From the NCBI RefSeq assembly GCF_009914755.1, contig NC_060947.1: 64,000 bases of DNA. The stretch is one strand, 5' to 3'. Below are positions 13,509 to 26,149 of the stretch, one piece after another. Below the pieces are notes generated by a model. The model was not told the DNA's origin and ran no database searches. It saw only the letters and a program-made list of their open reading frames with translations. Numbering within the stretch: the first letter of the stretch is position 1; each line of letters opens with the position of its first letter. The stretch comes from the human T2T-CHM13v2.0 reference genome, Homo sapiens. Both the position numbers and the translations under genes were made by a program.

Positions 13509-15187
13509 TTGCATCCCCACTGGTGGAGCACTCCCCAGGTTCAGGCTTGCACAAAGGCAGAGTTACTATTCATTTTTACTGGGAACATCAACATTTCTAC
13601 AGATAAAAAGAGATGCCTGAGTGACCTGAATAGCCAGGACATTGGGTCAGGAATGAGGCTGCGAGGTAGATAGCTTTTCTGCTGACCCGGCAAGTGAGTT
13701 GAGGCAGCTCCGACCCTTCACCCCAATGAAACTTAAGTGCATTTAATTGAGAGCTCCCCAGGCACATTCATCAATGCTGGGATCTTTGTCCACCATTGGT
13801 TATTGCATCTGCCCAAATGCTTTAGCTACAACAAGTTCCTAGCCAGGGATACCTCCCCTACTGGCCTGAAGCCTGAACCATCAACTCAGTAAATAAGATA
13901 CTGGTGGGGAAAATTAAATTAAAAAGGTGTGCACCACGAAGGAATGAGATAAGCTTCAAGAGATCCTTGCCATTCCAACCCCATGGGAGATAGTAAACTT
14001 GCTCATACAACAAGTTCATAACTACTATTAATACAACCAGAATCTGAGAAAGCCAGCACACAAAGACTCTCTATAACCAAGAAACTCATACAGAGTATTT
14101 ACCCCTAAAAGCATCAAGAACCAAATTAAGCTGTAATAAACTACAAACATTAAAGTCATATCCTTAAGAAGAAAAACAACTTTTTTAAAAGTCAAACCAA
14201 CAATAAAATTAAAAAAAATTAAAGAAGTAGTGTACTCAAATGAGAAGAAAGCAGAAAAGTAATTCTGTTAATATGACAAAACAGGATGTTATAGCACCCC
14301 CAAGAGATTGTACTAATGCCCAGCAATGGATCCAAAACAAGAAGAAACCTTTGAAGTACCAGATAAAAAATTCAGAAATTTAATTAGTAAGCTAGTCAAA
14401 GAGATACCAGAGCAAGGTGAAAATCAACATATAGAATTAAAAAAAAATCAGTATAAATATTTTAAAATTTCCAGAGAGATAGATATCATAAACAAAAACC
14501 ATTCAGAACATTTGGAAACGAAAGACACACTTATAAAAACACAAAGTATGGTGGAAATCTTCAAAAATAGACTAGAACAAGTAGAAGAAAGAATTTCAGA
14601 GCTTGATGACCAGGCTTTCAAATTAACCCAATCACACAAAGATAAAAAAGAAATAATCAAAAGAAATGAACAGAGTCTCTAAGAAATATGGGGTTATGTA
14701 AAATGGCCAACCCTAAGAATTATTGGTGTTCCTGAGGAAGAAAAAGCTAAAAGTTTGGAAAACATGTTTGAGGGAATAATTCAGGAAAATTTCCTTGGCT
14801 TCGATAGAGATTTAGATATCCAAATATAAGAAGCTCTAAGAATCCCTGAGAAATTTATTGCAAAAAGATTACCAAAGCACATAGTCATCAATCTATCTAA
14901 AGTCAACATAAAAGAAAGCATTCTAGAAGCTGTGAGACAAAAGCATCAGGCAACTTGAATATATATATAAAACTAACTAACAGTGGACTTTCCAGCAGTA
15001 GCTTTACAAGCTAGAAGAGAGTGGGGTTCTATCTTGAGCCTCCTTAAACAGAATAATTATCAGCCAATAATTTTATATCTGGTAAAACTGAGCTTCATAA
15101 ATGAAGGAGAGATAGTCTTTTACAGACAAAAAATGTGGAGGAAATTTGTCACTACCAAACCAGTACTATAAGAAATTATAAAAGAAG

Positions 15188-17897
15188 GATTAAGGTGGTG
15201 GATAGGAGGCAGGACTAGCTTGCATCTCCCTCTGAGATGGACAGAACAGCATGTGGAGACTTACATCATAAACTTTTGCTCCAAGAACTACTGCAGGAAC
15301 ATACCAGGAAAGCCAAGAGAATCCACAGACCCTTTGAAGAAACTGGATCACTGCTGCAGGTGTCCTGAGATGCTGAAAAACTGTGAGTCTGGTAGCTTTC
15401 TCAACAGGGAGGCTCATGGTCTGTTGCAGGTTCTCAGCTGTGATTACCAGCTGCCTCGAAATAGACTCCATGCTTTTGCGGGGGCATGATGGGAATGAGA
15501 CTGGTCTTTAGGACTGTGGGCTGCACGGGAGCAAGGTGAGGCCTGTGACTGCCAGCTTTCCCCTAATTTCCTGATGACCTGTATGACTCAGCAAAGGCAG
15601 CCATAAGATCCTGGGAATATAACTCCATTGGACTGGGAACCACACTCCCATCCCCCACAGCGGATGGGGCAAGCCCCACTCAAGGAGAGACTGAGCTCAG
15701 ACATGCCTATCCCTGCCCTTATCTGATGGTCTTTCTCTACCTGCTCTGGCAGTGAAAGACAAAGGTCATAATCTCTTGGAAGCTCTGTGGCCCTGTCCAC
15801 TGCATGAGAAACCTAAATACTTAACCAGGCATCTGTAGGGCAAGTTTTCATCATCTCTATAGGACTGCAGCTGATGCACTCTTGAAAGTGCCACATTCTG
15901 ACTGGAGGCCAACCAACATAAAGCCAGCATACTAAACAGAAACACAACCAAGGACCCAAAGATAGTCTGCTTCCTGTGATTCCTTGTGTTAGATGAGTCT
16001 CCTGAAGACAGCAGATACTTGGTTGGTGAATTCTTATCTATTTTGCCATTCTATATCTTTTATGTGGAGCATTTAGTTCAAAGGCATCTATGACAAAGCC
16101 ACAGCCAATATTATACTGAATGGAGAAAAATTGAAAACATTCCCTCTGAGAACTGGAAATAGAATACTTAGGAATATACCTAACCAAGGAGGTAAAAGAT
16201 TTCTAAATAACAAACTACAAAACACTGCTGAATGAAATTATAAATGACACAAACTAATGGAAACACAGCTCATGCTCATGGATGGGTAGAATCAATATTG
16301 TGAAAATGACAATACTGCCAAAAGCAATCTAAAAATTCAATGCAATTCCCATCAAAATACCACGATAATTGTTCACAGAACTAGAAAGAACAATCCTAAA
16401 ATTCATGTGGAACCAAAAAAGATGCCACATAGCCAAAGCAAGACTAAGCAAAAAGAACAAAGCTGGAGGCATCACATTCCTCAACTTTAAAATAACTACA
16501 AGTCTACAGTCACCAAAACAAAGTAGTACTGGTATTAAAATAGGCACATAGACCAATGGAATGGAATAGAGAACCCAGAAATAAAGCCAAATGCTTACAG
16601 CCAACAGATCTTTGACAAAGCAAACAAAAAGACAAAGTGGGGAAAGGATACTTTATTCAGTGAATGGTGCTGAGATAATTGGCAAGCTACATGTAGAAGA
16701 ATGAAACTAAATCCTCATTTCTCATCTTATACAAAAATAAACTCAAAGTGAATCAAATACTTAAATCTAAGACCTGAAACCATAAAGATTTTAGAAAATA
16801 GCATCAGAAAAATTCTTCTAGACATTGGCTTAGGCAAAGTCTTCATGACCAAGAATTTAAAAGCAAATGCAACAAAAACAAAGATAAATAGATTGGATTT
16901 AAACTAAAAAGTTTCTGCACAGCAAAAGAAATAATCAGCAGAGTTAATATACAACCCACAGAGTGGGAGAAATTTTCACAATCTATACATTCAACGTAGG
17001 ACTAATATTCAAAATCTACAAAGAACTCAAACAAATCAGCAAGGAATAAGCAAACAATCCCATTCAAAATGTGGGCAAAGGACATGAATAGACAACTCTT
17101 AAAAGAAGATATACAAATGGCCAAGAAGCATATTAAAAAATGCTCAACATCACTAATTATCAGGAAATGCAATTCAAAACATAATGCGATACCATCTCAC
17201 TCCTGTAGGAATGGCCATAATCAAAAATTAAGAAAAAAATAGGTGTTGGCGTGGATATGGTGGAGAGAACACTTTTACGCTGTTTGTGGAAATGTAAACT
17301 AATACAACCACTATCGAAAATAGTGTAGCAGTTCCTTTAAGAACTAAAAGTAGATCTACAATTTGACCCAGCAATCCCACTACCAGTCATGTATCCAAAG
17401 GAAAAGGAATTATTTTATGAAAAAGATACTTGCACATGCATGTTTATAGCAGCACAATTTGCAATTGCAAAAATACGAAACCATCCCAGATGCCCATCAA
17501 TGAATGAGTGGATAAAGAAAATATGGTATATATATCCCATCAAATACTGCTCAAAATGTAGTGAAATAATGGCATTCCCAGCAACCTGGATGGAATTGGA
17601 GACCATTATTCTAAGTGAAGTAATTCAGGAATAGAAAACCAAACATTGTATGTTCTCACTCATATACACAAGCTAAGTTATGAGAATGCAAAGGCATAAG
17701 AATGATACATTAGACTGTGGGGACTCAGGAGAAAGAGTGGGGGGCAATGAGGGATAAAAGACTGCACCTTGGATACAGTGTACACTGCTCAGGTGATGGG
17801 TGCACCAAAATCTCAGAAGTCACGACTAAATAATTTATTCTTGTAACCAAACAACACCAGTTTTCCAAAAAAATATTGAAATAAAAAATTAAAAAAG
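15188..17897 (+). mobile_element. Nested, internally deleted and rearranged L1PB1-like element
   Basis: Retains the 5' end (gattaaggtggtggataggaggcaggactag) and an L1PB1-type 3' end. 17-bp TSD agaaattataaaagaag (15171-15187) / agaaatgctaaaagaag (17898-17914). Confidence 0.88.
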
Positions 17898-19513
17898 AGA
17901 AATGCTAAAAGAAGTTTTAAATCCTGAAGCAACAGCCCAATATGCAGCAAAGTAGAACCTACTAAAAGTCTAAAACTCACAAGGACTATACAACAATAAC
18001 ACAATGAAAAAAATTAATTAGGTAACAACTAATATGATGAATAGAATAGTACCTCGCACCTCAATATTGACATTGAATGTAAATGACCTAAATGCTACAT
18101 TTAAAAAAATACAGAATGGGAGAATGGATAAAAATCCACCTACCAAATATCTTCTGTCTTCAAGAGACTCACCTGACATAAGGATTCATATAAACTCAAG
18201 GAAAAGGATTGGGGAAAAAATATTCAATTCAAATGGAAACAGAAAGCAAAGAGAAGTAACTATTCTGAGACTAAACAGACGTTAAATCAATGACAGTTAA
18301 AAAAAAGGGCATTATACAATTATAAAAGGATCAGTTCAAAGAGAATATATTACAATCATAAATTTAAATGAACCTCATATTGGAGCTACCAGATTTATAA
18401 AACAATAACTACTAGACCTAAGAAATGAAAGAGACAGCAACACAATAATAGTGAGTTACTTCAATACTCCACTGACAGCACTAGACAGATCTTCAAGAAA
18501 GAAAGTCAACTAAGAAACAATAGACTTAAACATGTCCTAGAACAAATGGACTTATATATTTACAGAACATTTTCCCCAAAAAACTGCAGAATACACATTC
18601 TTTTCATTAGAACATGGAACATTCTCCAAGGTAGACCATAGAGCAGGCCACAAAACAAGTCTCAATAAATTTAGAAAAATCAAAATTATATCAAAGTATC
18701 TTCTCAGACTACAGTGAAATAGAACTGGAAATCAACTTTAACAGCAATACATAAAACTGTACAACTACATAGAAATTAAATAATCTGTTCTTAAATGAGT
18801 TTTGGGTTAACAAAAAAAATCAGGATAAAAATTTAAAAATTTTTTGAAATTAATAATTGTGACACAAATTATTTATACCTCTGGGATACAACATAAGCAG
18901 TGCAAAGTGGAAAACTCACTGTGTTAAATTCTGACATCAAAATGTCTGAAAAAGGACAGATTGACAACTCAATGTCATGCCTCAAAAAAACAGAAACAAG
19001 AGAAAATTAACCCAAAGCGAGCAAAGGAAAGAAGTAACAAAGATCAGAGCAGAGCTAAATAAAATTGAAACAAAAAAGGAAGACAAAAGATAATTAAAAT
19101 ACTTGTTCTTTGAAAGCATAAACAAAATTGGTAGACCATTAGCAAAATAACCAACAGAAGAGAAACGATCCAAATAAGCTCAATTAGAAATGAAACTGGA
19201 GATATTACAATGGATATCAAAAAATGCAAAAGATCTTTCAAGAATGTTATTAATATCTATACATGCATAAACTAGAAAATCTAGACAAAATGGATAAATT
19301 CTTAGAAACATATAATCCTCCCGAATTAAAACAGGAAAAAATAGAAGCCCTGAACGGATCAATAACAAGCACTGAGATTTAATCACTAAATAAAATATTG
19401 CCAACAAATAAAGGCCAGGGCCAAATGAATTCAAAGCTGAATTCTACTAGATATCCAAAGAAGAACTGATACTAATTCTACTGAAACTATTCCAAAAGAT
19501 ACAGAAAAAGAAA

Positions 19514-20830
19514 TGTGTAATAACTTTTTATTGACTGTAATTACCTTGTTGTGCTGTTACATACTAGATCTTATTCATTCTATTTTGATACTTATTAACC
19601 ATCCTCTTTTTCTCCCACCCACTTTGCTTCCCAGTTTCCAGTAACCATCATTCTGCTCTATATCTTCGTGAGTTCAATTGTTTTAATTTTTAGCTCCTAC
19701 AAATGAGTGGAAATATGCAAATTTGTCTTTCAGTGCATGGCTTATTTTACATAACATAATGTCCTTCAATTTTATCCACGTAGTTGCAAATGACAGAATC
19801 TCATTTTTTATGGCTGGATAGTATTCCATTGTGTATATGTAACACAATTTCCTTATCCATCTGTCTGTTTATGAACACTTAAGTTGCTTCCACACTTGAC
19901 TGTTGTCCATTATGCTGCAATAAATATGGGAGTTCCGATATCTATTTAATATACTATTTTTTTTTAAATTTGGGATACAGATTTTGCAGTCAGATTGTTG
20001 GATCATATGGTAGTTCTATTTTTAGTTTTCTGAGGAAAGTCCAAACTGTTCTCTATAGTAGCTGTACTAATTTACATGCCCACAGTGTACAAATGTTCCC
20101 TTTTCTCCACATCTTTGCCAGCAGTTGTTACTGCCTGTTTTTTGAATAAAAATCATTTTGAGAGGGGTGAGAAAACCTCATTGTAGTTTTGATTTACAAT
20201 TCTCTGATGATTAGTGATGTTGAGCACCTTTTGGTATACCTGTTTGCCATTTGTATGTTTTCTTTGAGAAATGTCTATTCAGATTTTTTGCCCATTTTTA
20301 ATTAGAGAAATAAATTCTTTCATATTGAGTGTTTGAGTTCCTTATATATTCTGGTTATTAATGCCTTTTCAGATGGATAATTTGCCAACGTTTTCTCCTA
20401 TTCTGTGGGTTTGTTCTTCACTTTTTTGATTATTTCTTTTGCTGTGCAGAAGATTTTTAACTTGATGGTATCCCATTTGTCCATTTTTGCTTTGGTTGGC
20501 TGTGTTTGTGGGGTATTACTCAGAAAATTTTAGCCCAGTCTAATTTCCTGGAGAGTTTCTCCAACGTCTTCTTTCAATAGTTTCATAGTTTGAGGTCTTT
20601 AATGTAAGAGTTTAATCCATTTTTATTTTGCTTTTATATATAGTGAGAGATAAGAGTCTACTTTCTTCCCTCTGATTATGGATATCCAGTTTTCCCAGCA
20701 CTATTAACCAAAGAAACTGTCCTTTCTTCTATGTATGTTTTTGGCATGTTTGTCAAAAATGAGTTCACTGTAGATGTATCGATTTTATTTGGAATTCTAT
20801 ATTCTGTTCTATTAGACAGTGTGTCTGTTT
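19514..20830 (-). mobile_element. L1MA-type 3' region
   Basis: Antisense 3' UTR (tactagatcttattcattcta...gtaaccatcattctgctcta) and the end of ORF2. Confidence 0.8.
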
Positions 20831-23800
20831 TTGTTTTATTGTACTTTAACTTCTAGGGTACATGTGCACAACGTGCAGGTTTGTTACATAGGTATACACG
20901 TGCCATGTTGGTTTGCTGCACCCATCAACTTGTCATTTGCTTTAGGTATTTCTCGTAATGCTATCGCTCCCCCAGCACCCCACCCACCGACAGGCCCCTG
21001 TGTGTGATGTTCCCTGCCCTGTGTCCATGTGTTCTCATTGTTGAACTCCCACCTATGAGTGAGAACATGGGTGAGAACATGAATGAGAATATATCACAAG
21101 AACTCTGTTCTTGTGATAGTTTGCTTAGAATGATGGTTTCCAGCTTCATCCATGTCCTTGCAAAAAAACATGAACTCATCCTTTTTTATGGCTGCATATT
21201 ATTCCATGCTGCATATATGCCACATTTTCTTAATCCAGTCTATCATTGATGGGCATTTGGGTTGGTTCCAAGTCTTTGCTATTGTGAATAATGCCACAAT
21301 AAACATGCGTGTGCATGTGTCTTTATAGGATGATTTATAATCCTTTGGGTATATACGTAGTAATGGGATCACTGGGTCAAATGGTATTTCTAGTTCTAGA
21401 TCCTTGAGGAATCACTACACTGTCTTCCACAATGGTTGAACTAATTTACACTCCCACAAACAGTGTAAAAGCATTCCTATTTATCCACATCCTCTCCAGC
21501 ATCTGTTGTTTCCTGACTTTTTAATGATCGCCATTCTAACTAGCATGAGATGGTATCTCATTGTGGTTTTGGTTTGCATTTCTCTAATGACCAGTGATGA
21601 TGAGTATTTTTTCAAGTGTTCGATGGCTGCATAAATGTCTTCTTTTGAGAAGTGTCTTTCCATATCATTTGCCCCCTTTTTGATGGGGTTGTTTTTTTCC
21701 TGTAAATTTGTTTAAGTTCTTTGTAGATTCTGGATATTAGCCCTTTGTCAGGTGGATAGATTGCAAAATTTTTCTCCCATTCTGTAGGTTGGCTGTTCAG
21801 TCTGATGATGGTTTCTTTTGCTGTGCAGAAGCTCTTTAGTTTAATTAGATCTCATTTGTCAATTTTGGCTTTTTTGCCATTGCTTTTGGTATTTTGGACA
21901 TAAAGTCTTTGCCCTTGCCTATGTCTTGAACGGTGCTGCCTAGGTTTTCTTGTAGAATTTTTATGGTGTTAGGTCTTATATTTAAGCCTTTACTCCATCT
22001 TGAGTTAATTTTTGTATTTGGTGTAAGGAACGAATCCAGTTTCAGCTTTCTACATATGGCTAGCCAGTTTTCCCAGCACCACTTATTATATAGGGAATCT
22101 TTTCCCCATTGCTTGTTTTTGTCAGGTTTGTAAAAAAATCAGATGGTTGTAGATGTGTGGTGCTATTTCTGAGGCCTTTGTTCTGTTCCATTGGTCTATA
22201 TATCTCTTTTGGTACCAGTACCATGCTGTTTTGGTTACTGTAGCCTTGTAGTATACTTTGAAGTCAGGTAGCATGATGCCTCCAGCTTTGTTCTTTTGAC
22301 TTAGGATTGTCTTGGCTATGTGGGCCCTTTTTTGGTTCCATATGAACTTTAAAGTAGTTTTTTTCCAATTCTGTGAAGAAAGTCAGTGGTAGCTTGATGA
22401 GGATAGCATTGAATCTGTAAATTACTATGGGCAGGAATGCCATTTTCATGATATTAATTTTTACTATCAATGAACATGGAATATTTTTCCATTTGTTTGT
22501 GTCCTCTCTTATTTCCTTGAGCAGTGATTTGTAGTTCTCCTTGAAGAGGTCCCTCACATCCCTTGTAAGTTGGTTTCCTAGGTATTTTATCCTCTTAGTA
22601 GCAATTGAGAATGGGAGTTCACTCATGATTTGGCTCTCTGTTTGTCTGTCTGTTATTGGTGTGTAGGAATGCTTGTGATTTTTGCACATTGATTTTGTAT
22701 CCTGAGATTTTGCTGAAGTTGCTTATCAGCTTAAGGAGATTTGGGGCTGAGAAGATGGGGTTTTCTAAATATACAATCATGTCATCTGCAAACAGGGACA
22801 ATTTGACTTCCTCTCTTCCTATTTGAATACGCTTTATTTATTTCTCTTGCCTGATTACCCTGGCCAGAATTTCCAAGACTATGTTGAATAAGAGTGGTAA
22901 GAGAGGGCATTCTTGTCTTGTGCCAGTTTTCAAATGGAATGCTTCCAGTTTTTGCCCATTGAGTATGATATTGGCTGTAGGTTTGTCATAAATAGCTCTT
23001 ATTATGTTGAGATATGTTCCATCGATACCTAGCTTATTCAGAGTTTTTACCATGAAAGGCTGTTGAATTTTGTCGAAGCCCTTTTCTGCATCTATTTAGA
23101 TAATCATGTGGTTTTTATTGTTGGTTCTGTTTATGTGATAGATTACATTTATTGACTTGCATAAGTTGAACCAGCCTTGCAGGCCAGGGATGAAGCTGAC
23201 TTGATCGTGTTGGATAAGCTTTTGGATGTGCTGCTGGTTTCGGTTTGCCAGTATTGTATTGAGGATTTTTGCACTGATGTTCATCAGGGATATTGGTCTA
23301 AAATTCTCTTTTTTTGTTGTGTCTCTGACCGGCTGTGTTATCAGGATGATGCTGGCCTCATAAAATGAGTTAGGGTGGATTCCCTCTCTTTCTATTGATC
23401 GGAATAGCTTCAGAAGGAATGGTACTAGCTTCTCTTCATACCTCTGGTACAATTTAGCTGTGAATCTACCTGATCCTGGACTTTTTCTGTTGGTCACTTA
23501 TTAATTATTGCCTCAATTTCTGAATCTGTTATTGGTCTATTCAGAGATTCAACTTCTTCCTTGTTTAGCCTTGGGATGGTGTATGTGTCCAGGAATTTAT
23601 CCATTTCTTCTAGATTTTCCAGTTTATTTGCATAGAGATGTCTATAGTATTCTCTGAAGGTAGTTTGCATTTCTTTGGGATCAATGGTGATATTCCCTAT
23701 ATCATTTTTTATTGCTTCTATTTGAGTCTTCTCTTTTCTTCGTTATTATTCTGGCTAATGGTCTATCTATTTAGTTGATTTTTCCAAAAAACCTGCTCTT

Positions 23801-23986
23801 GGATTTATTGATTTTTTTGACTTTTTTTTTTTTGCATGTCTCTATCTTCTTCAGTTATGCTCTGATCTTAGTTATTTCTTGCCTTCTGCTAGCTTTTGAA
23901 TTTGTTTGCTCTTGCTTTTCTAGTTATTTTAATTCTGATGTTAGGGTGTTGATTTTAGATCTCTCCTGCTTTCTCTTATGGGCATT
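20831..23986 (-). mobile_element. L1PA6-like fragment (3' end to mid-ORF2)
   Basis: ORF2 fragments include SLFADD (22619-22801). The 3' UTR reads ttctagggtacatgtgcacaacgtg. No TSD at its 5' junction. Confidence 0.9.
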
Positions 23987-24725
23987 GTTGTAAAGATCTT
24001 TTACTTTCTTAGTTCGGTATATTTCTAAGTATTTTATTCTTTTTGTGGTTATTGTGAATGGGATTGCATTCTTGGTTTGGCTCTCAGCTTGGATGTTGTT
24101 GGTGTATGGAAATGCTACTGATTTTTGTACGTTGATTTTGCATTCTGAAATTTTGTTGAAGTTATGCACTGTATCAAGAAGCTTTGGAACAGAGACTATA
24201 GGGTTTTCTAGGTACAGAATGATATTGTCTGCAAACAAGGAGAGTTTGACTTTCTCTCTTCCTATTTAGATGTCCTGTTCTGGCTAGGCCTTTTTGTACT
24301 ATGTTGAATAGATGTGGTGAGAGAAGATGTCCTGTCCTTGTTTCAGTTTGCAAGGGGAATGCTACTAACTTTTGTCCATTCAGTATATGTTGGCTGTGGG
24401 TTTGTCATAGATGGCTTTTATTAAAGTATGTTTCTTCAATGCCTAGTTTGTTTAGGGTTTTTAAAATCAAGGGATGCTGAATTTTATTGAAAGCCTCTTC
24501 TGCATCTATCGAGATAATGATGTGGTTTTTGTTTTCAGTTCTGTTTATGCAGTGGATAACATTTATCGATTTGTGTATGTTCATCCAAACTTGCATCCTG
24601 GGGATGAAGCCTACTTGATAGTGGTACATTAGCTTTTTAATGTGCTGCTGGATTCGGTTTGCTAGTATTTTGTTGAGTATTTTAGCATCCATGTTTATCA
24701 AGGGTATTGGCCTCTAATTTGTGTG

Positions 24726-24726
<1 letters not shown>

Positions 24727-24764
<38 letters not shown>
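24727..24764. repeat. (TG)19 microsatellite inside L1 ORF2
   Basis: Perfect TG run read directly from the sequence. Confidence 0.95.
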
Positions 24765-24765
<1 letters not shown>

Positions 24766-26149
24766 TGTGTCTGCCAGGTTTTGATATCAGGATGATGCTG
24801 GCTTCATAGAATGAGTTGGAAAGGAGTCTCCCTTCCTCGATTTTTTGACTTAGTTTCCGTAGGAATAGTACCAGCTCTTTTTTGTACATCTGGTGGAATT
24901 TATCTCTGAATCCATCTGGTCTTGGGATTTTTCTGGTTGGTAGGCAGAACTCATTATTGGTCTGTTCAGGGATTTAATCTCTTCTTGGTTTAATCTTAGA
25001 AGGTTGTGTATTTCAAAGAATATATCAATTTCTTCCATGTCTTATGGTTTGTGTGTATAGAGAAGTTCATAATGGTCTCCAAGGGTTTTTTATTTCGGTA
25101 AGGTCAGTGGTAATATTCCCTTTGTCACTTGTAATTGTGTTTATTTGGATCTTCACTCTTTTTTGAATAGTTAATCTAGCTAGTGGTCTAAGTTTCTTAG
25201 ATTTTCAAAAAAAAACAAGCTTCTGAATTCATCGACCTCTTGTATGTTTTTTCATGTCTCAATTTCCTTCAGGTCAGCTCTAATTTTTGTTATTTCTTGT
25301 ATTCTGTTAGATTTGGAGTTACTTTTCTCTTGTTTCCCTAGTTCCTCTAGATGCAATGTTATGTTGTTAATTTGAAATCTTTTTAACTTTTTGATGTGAG
25401 TGTTTAGTACCATAACCTTTCCTCTTAACATCGTTTTGGCTGTTTCTGAGAATCTGGTGTGTTGTATCTTGATTCTCATTAGTTTCAAAAACTGTCTTGA
25501 TTTCGGCTTTAATTTTTATTATTTACCCAGAAGTAAATCAGGAGCAAGTTGTTTAATTTTTTTAATTGTGTGGTTTTGAGTGATTTTCTTAGAATTATGT
25601 AATGCTCTTCCTTGTCTTTTTAATATGTTTGTTAGTTTAAAGTTGTTTTTTTTCTGAAATTAGAATAGCAACCCCTGTTATTTTCTGTTTTCTGTTTGCT
25701 TGGTAGATTATTCTCTATTCCTTTACTTTCAGCCTGTGGGTGTCATTGCATGTGAGATGGATCTCTTGAAGAAATCATACCACTGGGTATTGTTTCCTTC
25801 AAACTTGCCACTCTGTGCTTTTCAATTGAGACATTTAGTCTGTTTACATTCAAGGTTAGTATTGATATATGCGGATTTAAACCAATTGTTAGCTGGTGAT
25901 TAGGCAGACTTGTTTGTGTGGTTGCTTTATAATGGTAATGGTTTATGTACTTCAGTGTGTTTTTGTAGTGGCTGATAATGGTATCTCCTTTTCATATTTA
26001 GCACTTCATTCAAGACCACTTGTAAGGCAGGTCTGATGGTAACTAATTGTCTTATAATTTGCTTTTCTTAAAAGCATCTTATTTATCCTTCACTTATAAA
26101 TCCCAGTTGGGCTGGACATAAAATTATTGGTTGAACAATTTATTTTGTA

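Noticed and set aside
21055-21090. Short direct repeats as a CRISPR-like array
   Set aside because: Only three adjacent 12-mers with no spacers, in eukaryotic L1 sequence.
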